Source of the DNA: an uncultured Anaerolineales bacterium
GTDB taxonomy: Bacteria; Chloroflexota; Anaerolineae; Anaerolineales; UBA4823
Assembly (NCBI GenBank): GCA_937928795.1
Contig: CALFWB010000056.1
Location: 1,364-65,363 of the forward strand
Length of the DNA stretch: 64,000 bases
Direction: 5' to 3'
The translations under genes were made by a program, and so were the position numbers. Below are positions 62,607 to 64,000 of this stretch, piece after piece. How positions within the stretch are numbered: the first letter of the stretch is position 1; each line of letters begins with the position of its first letter. The notes beneath the pieces were generated by a model, which did no database searches, was not told the DNA's origin, and saw only the letters and a list, made by a program, of their open reading frames with translations.

Positions 62607-63833
62607 ATGAATATCACTGCTTCCTTCTTTGAAGCCTTAGAGAGCTTAGCGAGCAATAAACTGCGCTCAGGATTGACCATTCTGGGCATTGTGATCGGAG
62701 TGGCAGCGGTGATCGCCATGATCTCGATTGGGCGCGGGGCAGAAAATTCGATCACCGGCTCGATCCAAGGCATTGGCACCAATTTGCTGTTTGTCTTTCG
62801 CGGCGGCAATGAGGATGTCCGTAACCCCAAGCCTCTAACATTGGGCGATGCCAACGCGATCAACGATCCCTTTCAAGCGCCCTCGGTCGCCAACGTTTCG
62901 CCAATGTTGATGGGCAATGGCAAAGTCAGTTACGGCGGCGAAAGCGTGGTCACCTCTATCGAAGGAGTCACTCCAGCCTTTGCAGAGGTGCGCAATTATC
63001 GCGTTACCGAGGGGGAGTTTATCTCAGAAGAGCATATTTTAGGCCGCTCATCGGTGGTGTTGCTTGGGCCAGATGTAGCCGAAAAGCTCTTTGGGCGCAA
63101 AGAGGGTTTGGTGGGCGAGACGGTGCGCATTGAGGGCCAGCCGTTTCGCGTCTTGGGAGTGTTGGAATCGAAGGGAGGGTCCTCGTTCTCCAACCAAGAT
63201 GATCGCGTCATGGTGCCTTTTACCACCGCTCAAGCGCGTTTGATCCGCCGTAGCACGCCCGATCAGGTTGACTTGCTGATGGTTCAAGCGGTCAGCGCTC
63301 AAGCCGTGCCCCAAGCCGCCGAAGAAATTGCCCAAATTTTGCGCTATCGGCATAGGACCGAAATTGGCGCCGATGACTTTACCATCCTGACCCAGCAAGA
63401 CTTTTTGGATACAGCCCGCACGATCACCAATATCCTCACTATCTTCTTGGGCGGCATTGCGGCGATTTCGCTGCTTGTGGGCGGTATCGGCATTATGAAC
63501 ATCATGTTAGTCTCGGTGACCGAACGCACGCGCGAGATCGGCTTGCGCAAAGCCCTCGGGGCGCGGCGGATTGATATTTTGGTGCAGTTTTTGACCGAGT
63601 CGATTGTGCTAAGCCTGTTTGGGGGCTTGGTCGGCATCGCTTTGGGATGGCTGATCTCTTTTGTGGTTGGCCAGATCGCTGCTGCTAACAATGCCGACAT
63701 TAACCCAGCCATCGGCTTGGATACCATCTTGCTAGCAACCCTATTCTCGTCGGCTGTTGGGCTGTTCTTTGGCTTATATCCCGCCAACCGCGCCGCCAGC
63801 TTAGAGCCGGTCGAGGCTTTGCGCTATGAGTAG
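62607..63833 (+). CDS. ABC transporter permease (MacB/FtsX family)
   Basis: MacB_PCD-type periplasmic domain between TM1 and TM2. C-terminal FtsX domain (GGIGIMNIMLVSVTERTREIGLRKALGA). Confidence 0.9.
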   Translation: MNITASFFEALESLASNKLRSGLTILGIVIGVAAVIAMISIGRGAENSITGSIQGIGTNLLFVFRGGNEDVRNPKPLTLGDANAINDPFQAPSVANVSPMLMGNGKVSYGGESVVTSIEGVTPAFAEVRNYRVTEGEFISEEHILGRSSVVLLGPDVAEKLFGRKEGLVGETVRIEGQPFRVLGVLESKGGSSFSNQDDRVMVPFTTAQARLIRRSTPDQVDLLMVQAVSAQAVPQAAEEIAQILRYRHRTEIGADDFTILTQQDFLDTARTITNILTIFLGGIAAISLLVGGIGIMNIMLVSVTERTREIGLRKALGARRIDILVQFLTESIVLSLFGGLVGIALGWLISFVVGQIAAANNADINPAIGLDTILLATLFSSAVGLFFGLYPANRAASLEPVEALRYE

Positions 63834-63843
63834 CCGATAGACT

Positions 63844-64000
63844 TCAGCGTTCGGCAGTTAGCTTATTTTGGACTACAGGTTTGAGTGCCTGAGCAAGGCG
63901 AGTGAAGGCTTCTTCGAGGAGACCGCGCGGGCAAGCGAAGTTCCAGCGGATAAAGCCTTCGCCTTCTTTGCCAAACGCCTTGCCGTCGTTGAAAGCAATC
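63844..64000 (-). CDS. C-terminal end of a PLP-dependent aminotransferase-like protein (5' part outside window)
   Basis: My own translation of the minus strand gives ...IAFNDGKAFGKEGEGFIRWNFACPRGLLEEAFTRLAQALKPVVQNKLTAER*. The G-x-G-F-[IV]-R-x-N-[FL]-A pattern is typical of class I/II aminotransferase C-termini. Confidence 0.45.
   Translation of the reverse strand, partial: IAFNDGKAFGKEGEGFIRWNFACPRGLLEEAFTRLAQALKPVVQNKLTAER

Noticed and set aside
1-64000. Search for CRISPR arrays, transposases or integrases, prophage genes, toxin-antitoxin pairs, restriction-modification or other defence systems
   Set aside because: I found no regularly spaced direct repeats. No ORF translation has recognisable transposase, recombinase, nuclease-helicase, methyltransferase (other than rsmG) or phage structural motifs. 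The only mobile-looking sequences are the two 78-bp MITE-like copies.

Overview
Chromosomal DNA from a moderately GC-rich bacterium with monoderm-type gene content. A T-box leader, a CSLREA-type secreted beta-helix protein and a flagellar gene set without L/P-ring genes suggest a Chloroflexota/Anaerolineae-like organism, but that placement is low confidence. About 41 kb (14.3-55.9 kb) is a nearly complete flagellar regulon on the + strand, in three blocks: (1) fliC-fliD-flaG-fliS; (2) flgC-fliE-fliFGHIJ-SLT-flgB-fliK-flgD-flgE plus a FliK-like/FlhB-C-like pair; (3) flbD-motAB-fliLMNOPQ-[HDOD+REC]-fliR-flhBAF-[118 aa]-fliA-[155 aa]-flgFG-flgMN-flgKL-csrA. Non-flagellar DNA interrupts the cluster at 30.6-37.1 kb: a 78-bp MITE-like element, tRNA-Val, a T-box(Thr)-controlled thrS and a three-gene two-component module. 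The left flank holds a truncated TPR/STAND regulator, a two-module secreted beta-helix protein, a GT39-like membrane glycosyltransferase, a bisphosphate nucleotidase, rimO, a RodZ-like protein, def, recF, a MOSC protein and rsmG. The right flank holds a tungstate-type ABC operon (tupABC-like) with an ArsR-HTH/PBP regulator, a ROK kinase, a MacAB-like efflux system and the 3' end of an aminotransferase. I see no CRISPR array, transposase, integrase, prophage or recognisable defence genes. The most interesting points are: an HDOD protein plus a receiver inserted into the fliPQR export-gate operon; an uncharacterised FliK-like/FlhB-C-like pair after flgE; CsrA-type bipartite GGA sites in the fliC and flaG leaders together with a C-terminally extended csrA but no fliW; flhF without flhG; a MITE-like repeat with target-site duplications; and a 26-bp perfect palindrome operator at the tungstate operon.
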